Notes under the pieces: generated by a model
Databases searched by the model: none
Told to the model about the DNA's origin: nothing
Seen by the model: only the letters and a program-made list of their open reading frames with translations
Made by a program: the position numbers and the translations under genes
Shown here: piece by piece, positions 1-12,679 of the stretch
How positions within the stretch are numbered: position 1 is the stretch's first letter
Layout of the letters: every line of letters starts with the position of its first letter
DNA from: Reclinomonas americana ATCC 50394
Lineage: Eukaryota
DNA: 32,381 nucleotides
Direction of reading: 5' to 3'
Assembly (NCBI GenBank): GCA_048213135.1
Contig: PS015117.1
Coordinates: 1-32,381, forward strand

Positions 1-89
1 CGACGACGACGACGACGTACGACGACGAACGAACGAACGAACCGAACGAACGAACGAACGAACGAACGAACGAACGAACGAACGAACGA

Positions 90-128
<39 letters not shown>

Positions 129-242
129 CAAGCACAGCCTCCTGTAAGACAAAGCACACGAGCAACAGACGAACGCAATGCCGACATGCGAAACACATGC
201 AGCCTGCCGGTCTTCTTACCCCCTGTGCATCTAACGCCTCAC

Positions 243-617
243 CTCCAACAACCTCCACACATCGCGAATAAGCCGCGGCGTCACTCCACACTCATCCTCC
301 TCCGCCAGCGGCACCATATCCGCACTCCCACCCAACGCCGTGTACGTCTTGCCGGTATTCTCCGGCCCGTACGTGAACAGCGTACAATTGGTGCCGCCGA
401 CAAAATCAGACACCATCGGTGCCACACATCGCGAATAAAACGATTCCTGTGTATATCGTTGTCGATATACGCATACATAAACAAAGATGCAACGTGCGCG
501 TTGATGAGAAGAGAGGTCGTCGAGCGTGGAGGCGATGGGACATGTCCACTCTCGCACTCCCCCAGCCCGCCACTCACCTGCGAAGTGTCGCGATCGAACA
601 CGTGCGAGAAGGTGAAT
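243..617 (-). CDS. Kinesin motor domain, N-terminal exons (partial): 617-578 and 446-243
   Basis: Spliced translation FTFSHVFDRDTSQ|ESFYSRCVAPMVSDFVGGTNCTLFTYGPENTGKTYTALGG...GVTPRLIRDVW matches the kinesin FxFDxVF, GxNxTxFxYG-P-loop and GxxPR motifs. GT-AG intron 577-447 (phase 0). The upstream intron runs from a GTGAG donor at 1133 (gap edge) to 618. Confidence 0.88.
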
Positions 618-1090
618 CTGCGCACAGACGAGATGCGGTGAGAGGCAAGGAGGAAGGAGGAGAGAAAATGGCGGGAAAATTGCATGGGGGGGAAGACAAG
701 TGGTGTGTGCATGAGAGTGTGCGAAAGTGTGTGCAAGTGGTGTGGACGAGTGTGGGCAAGCGAGATGAGTGAGGGAAAGTGTGCGGAAGTGTGAGGAAGT
801 GTGCGAAAGTGTGCAGAATATGCGTGAGATAGATAGAGAGAAAGGTGTGCAATAGAGTGTGCAAGTGAGAGTTGTGCGTGCGTATGTGTGTGCGTTGAGA
901 GAGAGAGAGAGAGAGAGAGAGAGCATTCGCTGTGTGTATGTCGCACAGGCTTACACGCAGTCACAGACACACACGTGTGTGCATATTCACTTGTACTTTG
1001 CACACACTTGCACACACGCTTGCACACACTGTCTCCCTCTCTCTCTGTATTCCCTTGTCTCTCTCTCTCCCTTCCTCTCTCTCTCTCTCT

Positions 1091-1131
<41 letters not shown>

Positions 1132-1133
1132 AC

Positions 1134-1436
1134 NNNNNNNNNNNNNNNNNNNNNNNNNNNNNNNNNNNNNNNNNNNNNNNNNNNNNNNNNNNNNNNNNNN
1201 NNNNNNNNNNNNNNNNNNNNNNNNNNNNNNNNNNNNNNNNNNNNNNNNNNNNNNNNNNNNNNNNNNNNNNNNNNNNNNNNNNNNNNNNNNNNNNNNNNNN
1301 NNNNNNNNNNNNNNNNNNNNNNNNNNNNNNNNNNNNNNNNNNNNNNNNNNNNNNNNNNNNNNNNNNNNNNNNNNNNNNNNNNNNNNNNNNNNNNNNNNNN
1401 NNNNNNNNNNNNNNNNNNNNNNNNNNNNNNNNNNNN
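1134..1436. other. Assembly gap (other gaps: 12233-12252, 22437-22936, 23860-24786)
   Basis: Runs of N. Confidence 1.
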
Positions 1437-1603
<167 letters not shown>

Positions 1604-1833
1604 TCTCTCTTTTATTTTATGCATCTGAACACGGTTGCATCCATCTGCTTCTTCTTCTTCTTCGACATCATCATCTTCTTCTTTTTCGTCATCATCTCAT
1701 CATTGCCAACTTCTTTTCTTCTTCTTCTTCTTCTTCTTCTTTCGCTTCTCTATCTGTCTCCGCGTACACACCCATTCCTTCCCCTTTGCCCCTTCCCCCA
1801 TTCCTCTCTCACCCTTTCCCCCCACCCGCACAG

Positions 1834-3528
1834 CTGATGATCACCTGCGTCTCCCCGGACCCGGGCGACGGATTCGACACGCAAAACACGCTGCAGTACG
1901 CGGCCCGCGCCGTGCGCATCCGCAACCACCCACGCCCCAACTTTGTGGAAGACAAGGTCGACGGCGCTCGGCTGGCCTACCTCGAGCAGCGCGTGGTGAT
2001 TTTGGAGGAGCAACTCGGCGAGGTCTGTCGCCCCTCTGCCCTCCAATCCCCCCGCACCTGCTCACCCACCGTCTTCGCGCAGGTGCAACTGCAGCACGAG
2101 GCCTACGAGGAGCGCATTGCGGAGCTGCTGCAGGAGACAATGCACGCGCAGGACAGATTCGACTTGGAGGCGCTGGTCGAGGAGCTGAGGAGGCGAGTGG
2201 CGCACCTGGAGCAGGAGACGCAGGATTTGTTGCGCGAAAAGGCGCGGCTGCAGGGTGACATTGAGGAGCTGCGTCGCCGGGTGACGGCGTTTGAGACGGA
2301 GAACACGGAGCTGCACACGCGCGCGGCCAAGTTGGAGGCCGAGCTGGCGGAGGAGCGACTTCGCAGTGCGACCTTGACGGATTCGCTGCAGGAGCACCAC
2401 GAGACGATTCGTGTGCAGGAGACGCGCATCTCGGAGCAGCTGCACGACATTTCGCTGCTGACACACGAGGTGGAGGACTTGAAGACGCAACTCGACAAGG
2501 TGAAGCAAGGAGGGTGGGATGTGACTGGATCTCGAAGCTCACACCTCTCTCTCTTTCACGCGCAGTCACAAATGTCTCTGAAGATGGAGGAGGAGAGCTG
2601 CAGCGAGCTGGCGCGTCAATGCACCGACCTGACGCAGTCGAATGAGGCGCATGCGCTGGAGTGCCAGCGAGTGTCGTCGGAACTCGAGCTGGCCGTACGA
2701 GGTGCGTGCCGTATCGCACCCTTGCCTATTTACTCTCGCTCCCTTTCACCCACCTCCTGGCAACAGAGCTCGCGGAGTTGCGACAAAAGTACGCCTCGGA
2801 CAAGGAGCTGCACCGACAACGATCGGCGCTGCTGGAGAGCGAGCTGTCGGCCATGTCGAATCGCGCACGGCAGGTGGAAGCCGAGTTGCGACAGTTGCAA
2901 CACGAGACCGAGTCGAGCCGGACCGAGTTCGAGCGCACCGTGTCGCAGGAGCGTCGCAAATCGGCATCGTACACGGACGAGCTGGATCAGCAGCGATCAC
3001 GTGCGCAGTTGCTCGACGAGCAGCTGGCACAGGCGCTGTTGACTCGGCGGCAGTTGGATGCGGAGCTGTCGGCCACCAAGGAGCAGTTGTCGACGGCCAT
3101 GGCGCGCCTGTCGTCCAACGATCTCATGCTGTCGCAGTTGCGAGACGAGCGCGTGCAGCAGGACTCGTCGGTCGGCGACTTGCGTCATCGTGTGTCGTCG
3201 TTGGAAAGGGAGAACACGGAGTTGAGGGCGACGAATATGAGATTGGATGAGCATGCCAGTGCGGTGAGGAGGGGGTGTAGAGGGAAGGGACAAGAGGGGA
3301 AGGGGTACAGAGGGAAGGGGGAAGGGGGTAAAGGGGAAAGTGGGGAAAGGGGGGAAGGCTGCAGGAAAAGGAACTGGATTTAGTTTATGTCTGGTGTGCT
3401 TGATGATTATCGTCTGTCAATTCTCTGGTATCCGTGTGCCCTCTGCGATTTCTTCTATCGAGATGTATGTCTTTCATTCGCTGCAAACGTCGAAAGGTTC
3501 CCTCAGATCTTTCCTTCTCGCCTCCCTT

Positions 3529-3565
<37 letters not shown>

Positions 3566-6500
3566 GCTTTTTATAGCTCTGTTTTCTCGTTTGTTGGCAC
3601 TCATTTTCACTTGTGCTCCACCCCCTTTGCCCTTTGTTCCATCGCAGATGAACACCGAGTTGACCGAAATCATCTCCTCCTACGAGAGCAAGTTGCTGAA
3701 AAAGGACGACGATTCTCGCGCCCTGCATCACCGCTGCGACGGTCTGCAGGCCGAGGTGACCCGACTGGATGCCGAGTTGCAGGCCACGTTGCAGGAGTTG
3801 GAACTGGCGCGCCACGAGTCGCGCACGCGCATTGCCGATCTCGAGTCGCAACACACGTCTGTGTCGGAGGTGAAGCGACGCAGTGAGTTGGAGTTGGTGA
3901 CGGTGCGCGAGAGAATCACGCTGCTGGAGACGCAAGTCAGCGATTTGCGCGTGGTTCGCGAGACGTTGACAGTTGCGTGACTGACTCGTGGCCTTTAAGT
4001 GGTCTCATCCCTTGTTGGCTAATCAATGTGGGGGGCGACAGCGGGAAAAGGCGGCGGCCGAAGGTGACTTGGAGGAGGCGCGTGGCCGCATTGCGGCGCT
4101 GGAGACCGAGAATCTGTCGATTGGCGAGGACCGCCGACGGACTGAGCTCGGATCGGTGGCACTGCGGGAGCGCATTGGTCTGCTGGAGGCCGAGGTCAAT
4201 GTGGCGCGCTCGCAAAAGCGTGACGCGGAGCTGACGGCCAACCACGTGGAGGGCGAGTTGGATGAGCTGCGCCGACGGACCACGTCGCTGGAGTCACAAA
4301 ACTCGACGCTGAGCGACGACCGTCGCCGACTGGAGGGCGAGTGTGCAGTGTACAAGGAGCGGCTGGCGCGCGTGGAAGCGGACCGCGATTCTGCGAGGAC
4401 CTCACTGAAGGAGTTGCAGAGCGAGTCGTCGCAGGTTCGTGGTGAGCTGGTGACGGCCAGTGCGCAGGTGGCGGCCTTGGAGAACGAGGCGTCGCTGCTG
4501 AACAGTGACAAGCACCGCATGGATTTGGAAATTGTTGCGCCTCACTCTCTCCTCCTTCTCACTCGCCTCCTTGCTGTTGCTCACACACGCACACCGCAGG
4601 TTGCACTCCGGGAACGAGTCTCCCTTCAAGAGTCACATTTGCACGAGGCACGAGGACGTGCTTCGCTGCTGGAAAAGGAAAAGGAGACGCTGGGCGACAT
4701 GGTGGAGTCACTGCGCGCTTCGTTGGGCGCGATGGAGACCGACTTGTCGGTGCGCGGCGAGGATCGACATCGGTTCGAGTTGCAGTTGGTGGCGGCGCAG
4801 GAGCGCATCGGCTTGCTGGAGTCGCAGCTGAGCGAGGCGCGTGCGAAAGCTCGCGAGTCGGACAGTGGCCGGCTCGCCCTCGATGCCGATCTGCAAGTGC
4901 AGCAGCAGCGATACACGACGCTGTCGACCGACTATGCCGCGGTGGCGGAGGAGGTTTGGCACCATTGTTGCTTTTCCATGATGGTATGTTGGTGGGCATT
5001 TCATTGATTGAGATTCCGCGCAGCGTCGTCGTTTGGACTTAGAGGCGGTGGCGCTGCGTGAGCGGCTCGGCCTGCAAGAGAACCAGTTGCAGTCGCTCAC
5101 TGCTCGCTTGCGCGACATGGAGGCACAGCGGGATTCGCTGGCGCGTGAGGCCGAGCTCCTGCGTGCGCAGGTGGATCTTGTGGAGGGTGATAGGAGGACG
5201 GCCAGCGATGATCGTCGTTGCGTGGAGAGGGTGATAAGGGAAAGGGCGAGGGAGAGGGATTGAAGGGAAAGGGCGAGAGGGAGAGGGGGAGGAAGAGTGA
5301 GAGAGAGAAGGAGAGGGAGAGGGAGAGGGAGAGGGAGAGGGAGAGGGAGAGGGAGGGAGGGGCGAGGGGGAGAGGGAAGAGGGAGAGGGAGGAGGGGGGA
5401 GAGTGGTAGAGAGAGAAAGAGGGAAAGGGAGAGACAGAGAGGTGAGGAAGAGAGCGACCGGAGAGAAGGAAAGGGAGAGACTGACGGGGAATGCGACTGA
5501 GTTTATCGTCCATGCTCTATGTCCTGTGCGTGTTAGTCTTCTCTACTCTCTGTCTGTCTTCGTGTCAGTCGTACTGTCTCTCTCTTTCCTCTTTCTCGAT
5601 TTTCTCGTTGTTGTCAGTCCGCCTCTACCATCTCGATCGCTCTCTTGCGCTCACTGAGAAGAATGGAGAAGGAGCGGAGAAGACAGAAGAGACAGAGAGA
5701 TTTAGAGAGAAAGAGAATGAGCAATAAGAGAGAGCAATATAGAAGAGAGAAAGAAGAAGAAAGGAAAAACAAATGACGAAGAAGAGAGAGAATGCTTGAG
5801 GGAAAGCGAGAATGCAACGAGACAGCAAAGTTGAGAAAGCGACCCAGTGTGGCCATGAATGCATTTGCAATTTCCAATCTTCACTGTCTCCCTGTCTCCC
5901 TCTCTCAATCTCACCTTCTCTGCCCTTCTCACTCACTCACAGGCCGACTGGACCTGGAGCTGGTCAGCGCCCGCGAGCGTGTCGCCCTGAGCGAGTCGCA
6001 AGTGAACGCCGCCCGCCTTCGCTCGTCGGAGCTGGAGGCCGAGAAATCGGCTCTGGAAGCGGACTTGATCCAGTGCCGTGAGCGCATTGGCAACCTGGAG
6101 GCCGACCTGTCAGCCATCAGCACTGCTCGTCGTCGTCTGGACTTGGATGTGGTGTCGTCGCGCGAGCGAGTGGCGGTGTTGGAGACCAAGTTGACGCACA
6201 CTGAGGCGAGGGTTGCGGAGGCCGACAAGGTGCGGCAGGATGCCGAACGCGAGGTGGAGGAGCTGCGCGCGCGATTGGTGAGAACAAGGGGAATCGCGAG
6301 ACAAAGTAGTGGAAGGAAGAGAGTGGAACTTGGTCCTTACTCTCTCCCTTTCAGTCCTAAATATCCCAGTCTCTGTTGTGTGTGCTTTCTCTCTCCTCGT
6401 TCCCTTGCTCTTTGTTCTCTCTTCCCTCTCCCCTGTGTTCTTTTCCCTCACTTACCTATTCAATTCACACCCTCTCTTTCTTACAAACGCGCTCTCTCTC

Positions 6501-9500
6501 CCCTTCTCCTTATCACTCCCCTTTCCTTGCCGTCCCCCTTCTCCCCTCTCTCCTCTTTTCACCGTCTTGCCGCCTTCACAGGTGGCACTGGAGGGCCAGC
6601 ACTCGGGCGTCAGTGACGAGCGGCGACGTCTCGAGGCCGACTGCGCACAGGCCAAGGAACGACAAGCGGTGGCGGAGGCGACCGCGCAGCGACTGGAGGC
6701 CAAGAATCGCGAGCTGGACGGCTTGAAGAACATTTTCGACAACGACCTGCAGCGTGCACGCACGCGCATTGCCGAGCTCGAACAGCAGACGGTGTGGCTC
6801 TCCGAGGCCAAGCGATCGGCCGAGTCCGAACACGCAAACGTGAGTGCAACCCGCCAGCCTTGCATCCACCTTCCCCCTATTGGGCTCACTCTTTGCGTCA
6901 TTGTGGCAGACGCGCGAGCGCATCGCGCCGCTCGAGTCGCAAATCATTGAGGCTCGTTCGCAGTGCGCGACCCTGGAATCGGAGAACGCGAATCTGCACG
7001 ACGATTTGCAGGAGGCACGGCGTTGCGTGACGCTGCTGGAGCAGCAGGTGACGCGGCTGTCGGAGGAGCTGCGCGTGCAACGCTCGTCGCTCGACTCGAC
7101 CGTCGACAGCGTGCAGCGCGAACTCGAGGAGGAGCGTCGTCAGCATGTGGAGGCCGCCGAGGAGATGAAGCAGCTGACGAGCGATCTGGCGGAGTGGCGC
7201 AAGGCCGCCGAAGACTTTGCGCGCTCGATTGAAGAGCTCGAGGCGGATCTGGCCGGCCAGCGTGACGCCCGCACGTCGGAGGCGGCTGACCTGGAAGCGC
7301 GCATTCGCAGCGTCACCGCGGAGCGCGATGCTCTGCGTGCCGACGTGCAGGCGCTGCAGCAGACCATCGAGGAGTACTCGAGCAATGTGCGGCGCATGGA
7401 GGCGTCGCTCATGTCGGAGCGGCAGGCGCGGCAGTCGGTGGAGCGTGAGGGCGAAGGCAAGAACCGCACACTGTCCGAGGAAATGTCCAGCTTGCGTGCG
7501 CTACTCGAGGAGAAGACGGCGTTGGAGGCGGCCGTGCGTGCCGAAACGCAGACGCTGCGTGCGCAGGTTGTCAAGTTTGAGGCGGAGGCGAAGGGTCTGC
7601 GCGGGAGGTGTGAGAAGGTGAGAAGGGGCAGAAGGGAAAGGGTGGGGAGGAGGGAAGGGGAAGGAGGGGGAAAGGGAAGGAGGGGAGAGGGAGGAGGAGG
7701 AGGAGGAGGAGGAGAAGGAGGAGGAGTGGAGGGATGGGATAGAATATGTTGGACGAAGAATAAGAGTTGAATAGCGAGAAAGGCAGGAGAAAGAAGAGAA
7801 GACGATCAAGAATTAATTACAAAAAGGGCGAAGAAGACGATGAAGAGGAAAGAAGGAGAAGGACCAAGGAAAGAAGACAAACGCGAAGAAGAAGAAGTAC
7901 AAGAAAAAGTACAAGAAGAAGTGCATGAAGAAGAAGAAAGGAGAAGAATAGCGAGAACAACACGAAGTGAAGAGGAAGAGCAAGCGTGAAGGGATCAGGA
8001 ATTGAAGATGTCCAGAGAACAAAAATGAACAGGAATACGAGGGAGGTGAGGCAGATATTGAGGGGAAGACCTGCGAAAGTTCCACGAAAGAATATGAAGT
8101 CGGTGGAGAGAGTCAGGGTGATGGCAGTATTTGATCATTCTGGTTATCTGGAAGAACTGTGGTGTCTCTGACAGTTGCCTTCGCTCGCTTTACGTATTTG
8201 TCTCTCGTGCTCAGTCTGTTGCCCTTACGTGCATATCGGTGGTCTTCTCTCCATTTGTCGATCTCTCATTTCTTTTCTCTCTCTCTCTCTCTCCCTCTCG
8301 CCGTCCTTCTCTTCTTCCATATTCCTGCCCTGCTTCGTGTCTCTTTTTCTTCTCACCCTCTCTCTCTCTCTCTCACACACTTTCTCTGTATGTCTGTCTG
8401 TCTATCTCTCTCTCCTCCCTTTCCTCCCTCCCTCCCTTCTCACCCTTCTCTTTTCACTTCTCCCCCTTCTCCCCTTCACCCACCCTTCCCTTCTCTTCTC
8501 CACCCCCCACAGATGACCGCTGACCTCGAGCGCACCACCGCCGAATTGGAGGGCGAGCGACAAGGCCGTCAGACAGAGGTGCAGGATGTACTCGAACGCG
8601 TCAAGGTGGTCGCCAGCGAGCGCGACTCGCACAAGAAGGAGGCTTTCGATCTGCGGTCGCGCGTCAAGCAGTCGGTGACGCAGTTGGAGCGTGACTTGAT
8701 TGCGGAGAAGAGCGCGCGGGAGGCGGAGAAGGAGGCGGCTGAGGTGAGGATCACTTTGTTATTGTTGCTTGCTTCCCCCAAACTCACGCGCATTCGCCTC
8801 TCCTCCCGTCCGCAAGGCTCGCATCCGCAACCTGTCGAGTGAACGCGAGGCGCTGGTGAAGGAGGTCGAGGAGCATCGCAATCGCGTGTCGCGCCTGGAG
8901 TTGGATGTGCGCAAGTTCAGCACCTCTTCGACCACGCACGCCACCACAATCGAGTCGCTGCGCGCCGATTTGGCCGACGCACGTGAGCGTCTGGCGGTCT
9001 CCGAGGCCGAGTCGCGGCAGCGTGTGGTGACGGCCGATGCGTTGCGGCACGAAGTGTCGCGTCTCGAGACGCTGGTGCAGTCGCTGGAGGGTCAGCTGAA
9101 TGTGTTGAAGACGGACAAGACGCGTACCTCGGAGTCGTACCAGTCGACTCGCGGCGAGCTGGAGCGCCTGTTGGTGGAGGAGCGACAGCGTGCCAGCAAG
9201 GCCGAGGCAGAGTGCGAGGCGGCGCATCAGAGACAGCAGGCGGCAGAGAAGGAGGCGTCGGAGGCGAAGTCGGAGAGACGTTTCGTTTTAGAAGAGAGCA
9301 TTCCATTTTTATTGACCTCACCTTTCGCGCTCATTTCCAGGTCGTGTCGTGGGCGACTTGGAGACGGAGCGAGCGGCTCGAGTTCGCGAGGCACGCAGCG
9401 CCAACGAGCACATTGATGCACTGAAGGCCGAGTTGGAGAATCAGCAGAAGCAGCTGCGCGAGGTGCGCGATGCCAATATCAAGTTTGAGTCGCAACTGCG

Positions 9501-12500
9501 CACGGCGGCCAGTGATGCGGAGCGACGGCAGCGAGAGGTATTGGCATGATCTCTGTGATGTGTACATCACACCTCTCCCTCATTGCCGTGGCACAGTTGG
9601 AGATGCTCAGAACCGAGAGTGGGGCACTGCGGAAGCAGTTGGCGGAGGTGCACGAACAGAGTCAGAAACTCGAGCTGGAGGTTTGCGACTCAACCTTGGT
9701 CCCTCCTCATCACTGCCCGGAATCTGACAAGCACCTACTGCAGATCACCACCTTGCGCGAAACCGTGCGCACTCACACGACGACGATTTCGGAGCACGCG
9801 GAGACCATTCGTGTCAAGACTGTGCGGCTGGAGGAGTCGAATCGTGAGACGGCGCGTCTCGGTGCTCTGTCGCAGCAGCTGCAAAAGCAGTTGTCGCAGC
9901 AGTCGTCGGAGAAGACGCGCACCGAGAGCGATTACAACGAGATGCAGTCGCGGCTCGAATCAATGGTTCGTGCGCTCGAGGCGCAAGTGTCTGATCGGAC
10001 CAGGGAGCGTGATCGCGCCAGCGCCAAGGTGATGATGCATGGGAGTGGAGAATTGTAGTGGTCAGCGATTCGTGAGTCTCAATCTTTCACTGTAGGCTCT
10101 GGCGGCGGAGGAGGCGGTCGGGCGCGTTCAACAGGAGCTGACGCAATCGCGCGATGGGCAGCAGATCGCCGAGCGTGATCTGTTGACGGCCAATCGGAGA
10201 GTCGCCGAGGTAATGTGCATTGATTTCTCTGGGATGAATCCTGCCGCTCACCAACGTCCTGTGCCTACAGTTGGAATCCCAGCTGGAGAACGAGCGCACT
10301 CGACATGCCGAAACGCGGGAACGGCAAACCAAATCGGAGGCATGGGCGTCGGCACGCCAGAAGCGCATCGAGGAGGTGGAGGCGCTGTGTCGAAAACTGG
10401 AGGCGACTGCAGCGGAGCAGGCGGAGCGCACCAAGACCTTGTCGGAGGAGCGCGTGGAGCTGTGCGATGCAGTGGAACGACTCACTCGCGGCAAGGAGGC
10501 TCTCATCCAGGAACGGGCCAAGGAGAAGATGACGGTGCGGTTGTGTGTGCGTCCTTCTTTTCTAGCAAACCTGGCATGCGGTTGACACTTGTTTTCGTTC
10601 CCCCTTTGTCGGTGCAGCTGGTTGCACTGTCGGACAAGGTGGCCGATCTCGAGACGCGCAACGCCCAGCTGCAAGAGTCGTCGAATGCGGCCATGGTGGC
10701 CAATGAGACGCTGACGGGCGACAACAGCATGCTGAACAAGCGACTGGCCGACGCCCTCAAGCGTGTTGGTGAGCTGGAGGTCCTCAAGGATCGCTTGGCC
10801 GAGCATCTGGAGACTGTGCGACAAATGGAAAAGGTGCGCTGGAAGAAGGAGAGAAGGATGATGCAAGGGAAGCAATCTTCAGCTCATCTCGCCAGCGCAG
10901 GCCAATGCACGTCTCGAGGCCGACAAGGCGCGCTTGACCGCCGACATGCAGAACAAGGAGGATGCCAACAATGTTCTCCGCGAGGAGAATCGCATGCTGT
11001 CCGACGAGGTCACTGGGCTGTCGGCGGTGGTGGCGGATTTGCGCAAGAGTATCAAGGAGTTGCAGGATGAGCTGGAGTTGTTGCGGGAGAGCAATGCGGA
11101 GGATCAGGAGAAGCTGAGGGAGGTGCGGATGGGGGTAGGATAAAGGGGGATCAAGGGGGAAGGGGGGTAGAGGGAAAGGGAGGAAAAGGAGAACGGGGAT
11201 AAAGGGGAAGGGGCGGGGGCTAAGGATAGGAGGGGAGAGAAGAATGGAGAAACGGTGAGGTAAGAGTAACTGAAAGAGAATGGAGAGGCGGTGAGTGTGA
11301 GAAGAGAGGAGACTTACAATGTTAAGGGGTAGGAGAGGATCAGAGAAGAGAGGAACAGAGAGATCCGACAGCATTGAGGAGGCAAGAGAAGAGGTTAGTG
11401 GAGAGCCCTTGACGGAGAAGATAGGAGGGGGTAAGGAGAGGATGGAGAGAGCAGGAGAGAGAGGAAAGGGAGGGGGATGGAGAAACGAAATTGGAACGGT
11501 GAGATTGGAGAACCGAGAGCAATGTAAAGAGCAGCAGGGGAGAGGAAGAAGAGAGAGAATGGGAGGAGAGGTGAGGGCGAGAGGAGAGGAGAGAAACAGA
11601 GAGATTGGTGTTCAGTGAGGAGGGAGATGGCAAACTGGAGAATCGAAGTGAAGAAGGAGAGCAGAGATGAGATGGAGGCAAGAACAAGAGGAGAAGAGAG
11701 TGAGGAAGAATGCAGTACATTGACAAAGAGCTGAGACGGAGAACAAGCTGAGAAGGATGTGGGGAAAGAGAAGCCGGGAGGGTCGTAGCCTTTGATGTCC
11801 GACGTGGAGATATGACTGCCTCTCCTCACCCACCCTTCCTCAACTCTCCTTTGTCTGTCCGCAGGCCGCCTCTGCTCTCCACGACGCCAACGACAAGTTT
11901 GTCAACACGACGAGCCTGCTGCAGGAGCGCATTCGCACATTGGAGGACATGAATGCGGAGCTGGAGAACAGGATAAAGGATTTGGTGGAGGAGAAGGGCG
12001 AGCTGAGTGTGCGATTGGCGGCCTACAAGCAGGATTCGTCGGTTGCGTTTTGGTGGCGCTCGAGAGGATGCTATCGGTGTGGAGAGATGGAACTCACTTC
12101 GTTTCTCGATGGTTGTAGCACTACGAGAACCGCCTCGACATGGTTCGCGAGGAGTTGCGATTGGTCACGGAGAAATACGAGAAGCACTGTTGCGTGGACA
12201 TGTTCCGATCTGTGCGATGTGCTTCACGCTGANNNNNNNNNNNNNNNNNNNNAAGGAGTGCCACGCCGAACTTTAGTCCGGCGGGCTCACCCACGGCCGG
12301 CGGCGATGACGACGATGACGACGCGCCGTTGCGCGCGCATGTCGCGGCCATGATCTCCAATTCGTATCGGAGTCCGGCCACCTCGATTCTCGGCACGACG
12401 CTGACCGGCGGTCGCACACCCGGCACCATCACCGGCACGCCGCCGAATCGCACACCGGTGACGACGCCGAAGCAGGCGCCACCCAATCGCTTCGCTGCGT

Positions 12501-12631
12501 ACGCCTCGTCGAATCTCTCGGCCACCATTGTGTCGTCGTCCTCGTCAACCACCACCACCACCACCACCAGTACCTCAGCGACCAAGTCGACAGCACCGTC
12601 AGGCGATTCACCCGGCAGCGGCGTCAAGTGA
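1834..12631 (+). CDS. Giant kinesin (kinesin-4-like motor C-end, long coiled-coil stalk, S/T/P-rich tail); 5'-partial, 23 exons, ~2,200 aa visible
   Basis: Begins LMITCVSPDPGDGFDTQNTLQYAARAVRIRNHP (kinesin beta8/alpha6/neck linker). Frame-consistent exons: 1834-2022, 2083-2499, 2566-2701, 2767-3263, 3648-3971, 4042-4533, 4600-4953, 5024-5216, 5943-6277, 6582-6839, 6910-7617, 8513-8743, 8817-9279, 9341-9537, 9597-9680, 9744-10028, 10096-10209, 10271-10534, 10618-10833, 10901-11122, 11865-12041, 12119-12188, ~12253-12631 (acceptor in gap). Heptad E/R/L/A-rich sequence throughout. Subfamily call is by eye. Confidence 0.88.
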
Positions 12632-12679
12632 GAAGCGAGAAAAAAAACATGGAGTGAATGATGATAATAGTTTTCTTGT

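Noticed and set aside
1-124. (CGA)n/(CGAA)n/(GA)n run as telomere or coding repeat
   Set aside because: Irregular simple repeat that resembles low-quality read ends; a possible - strand acceptor at 143-142 leads only into SLSL low-complexity sequence.
1841-10875. Many antisense and alternate-frame ORFs over the kinesin exons
   Set aside because: Shadows of GC-rich coiled-coil codons with no recognisable motifs.
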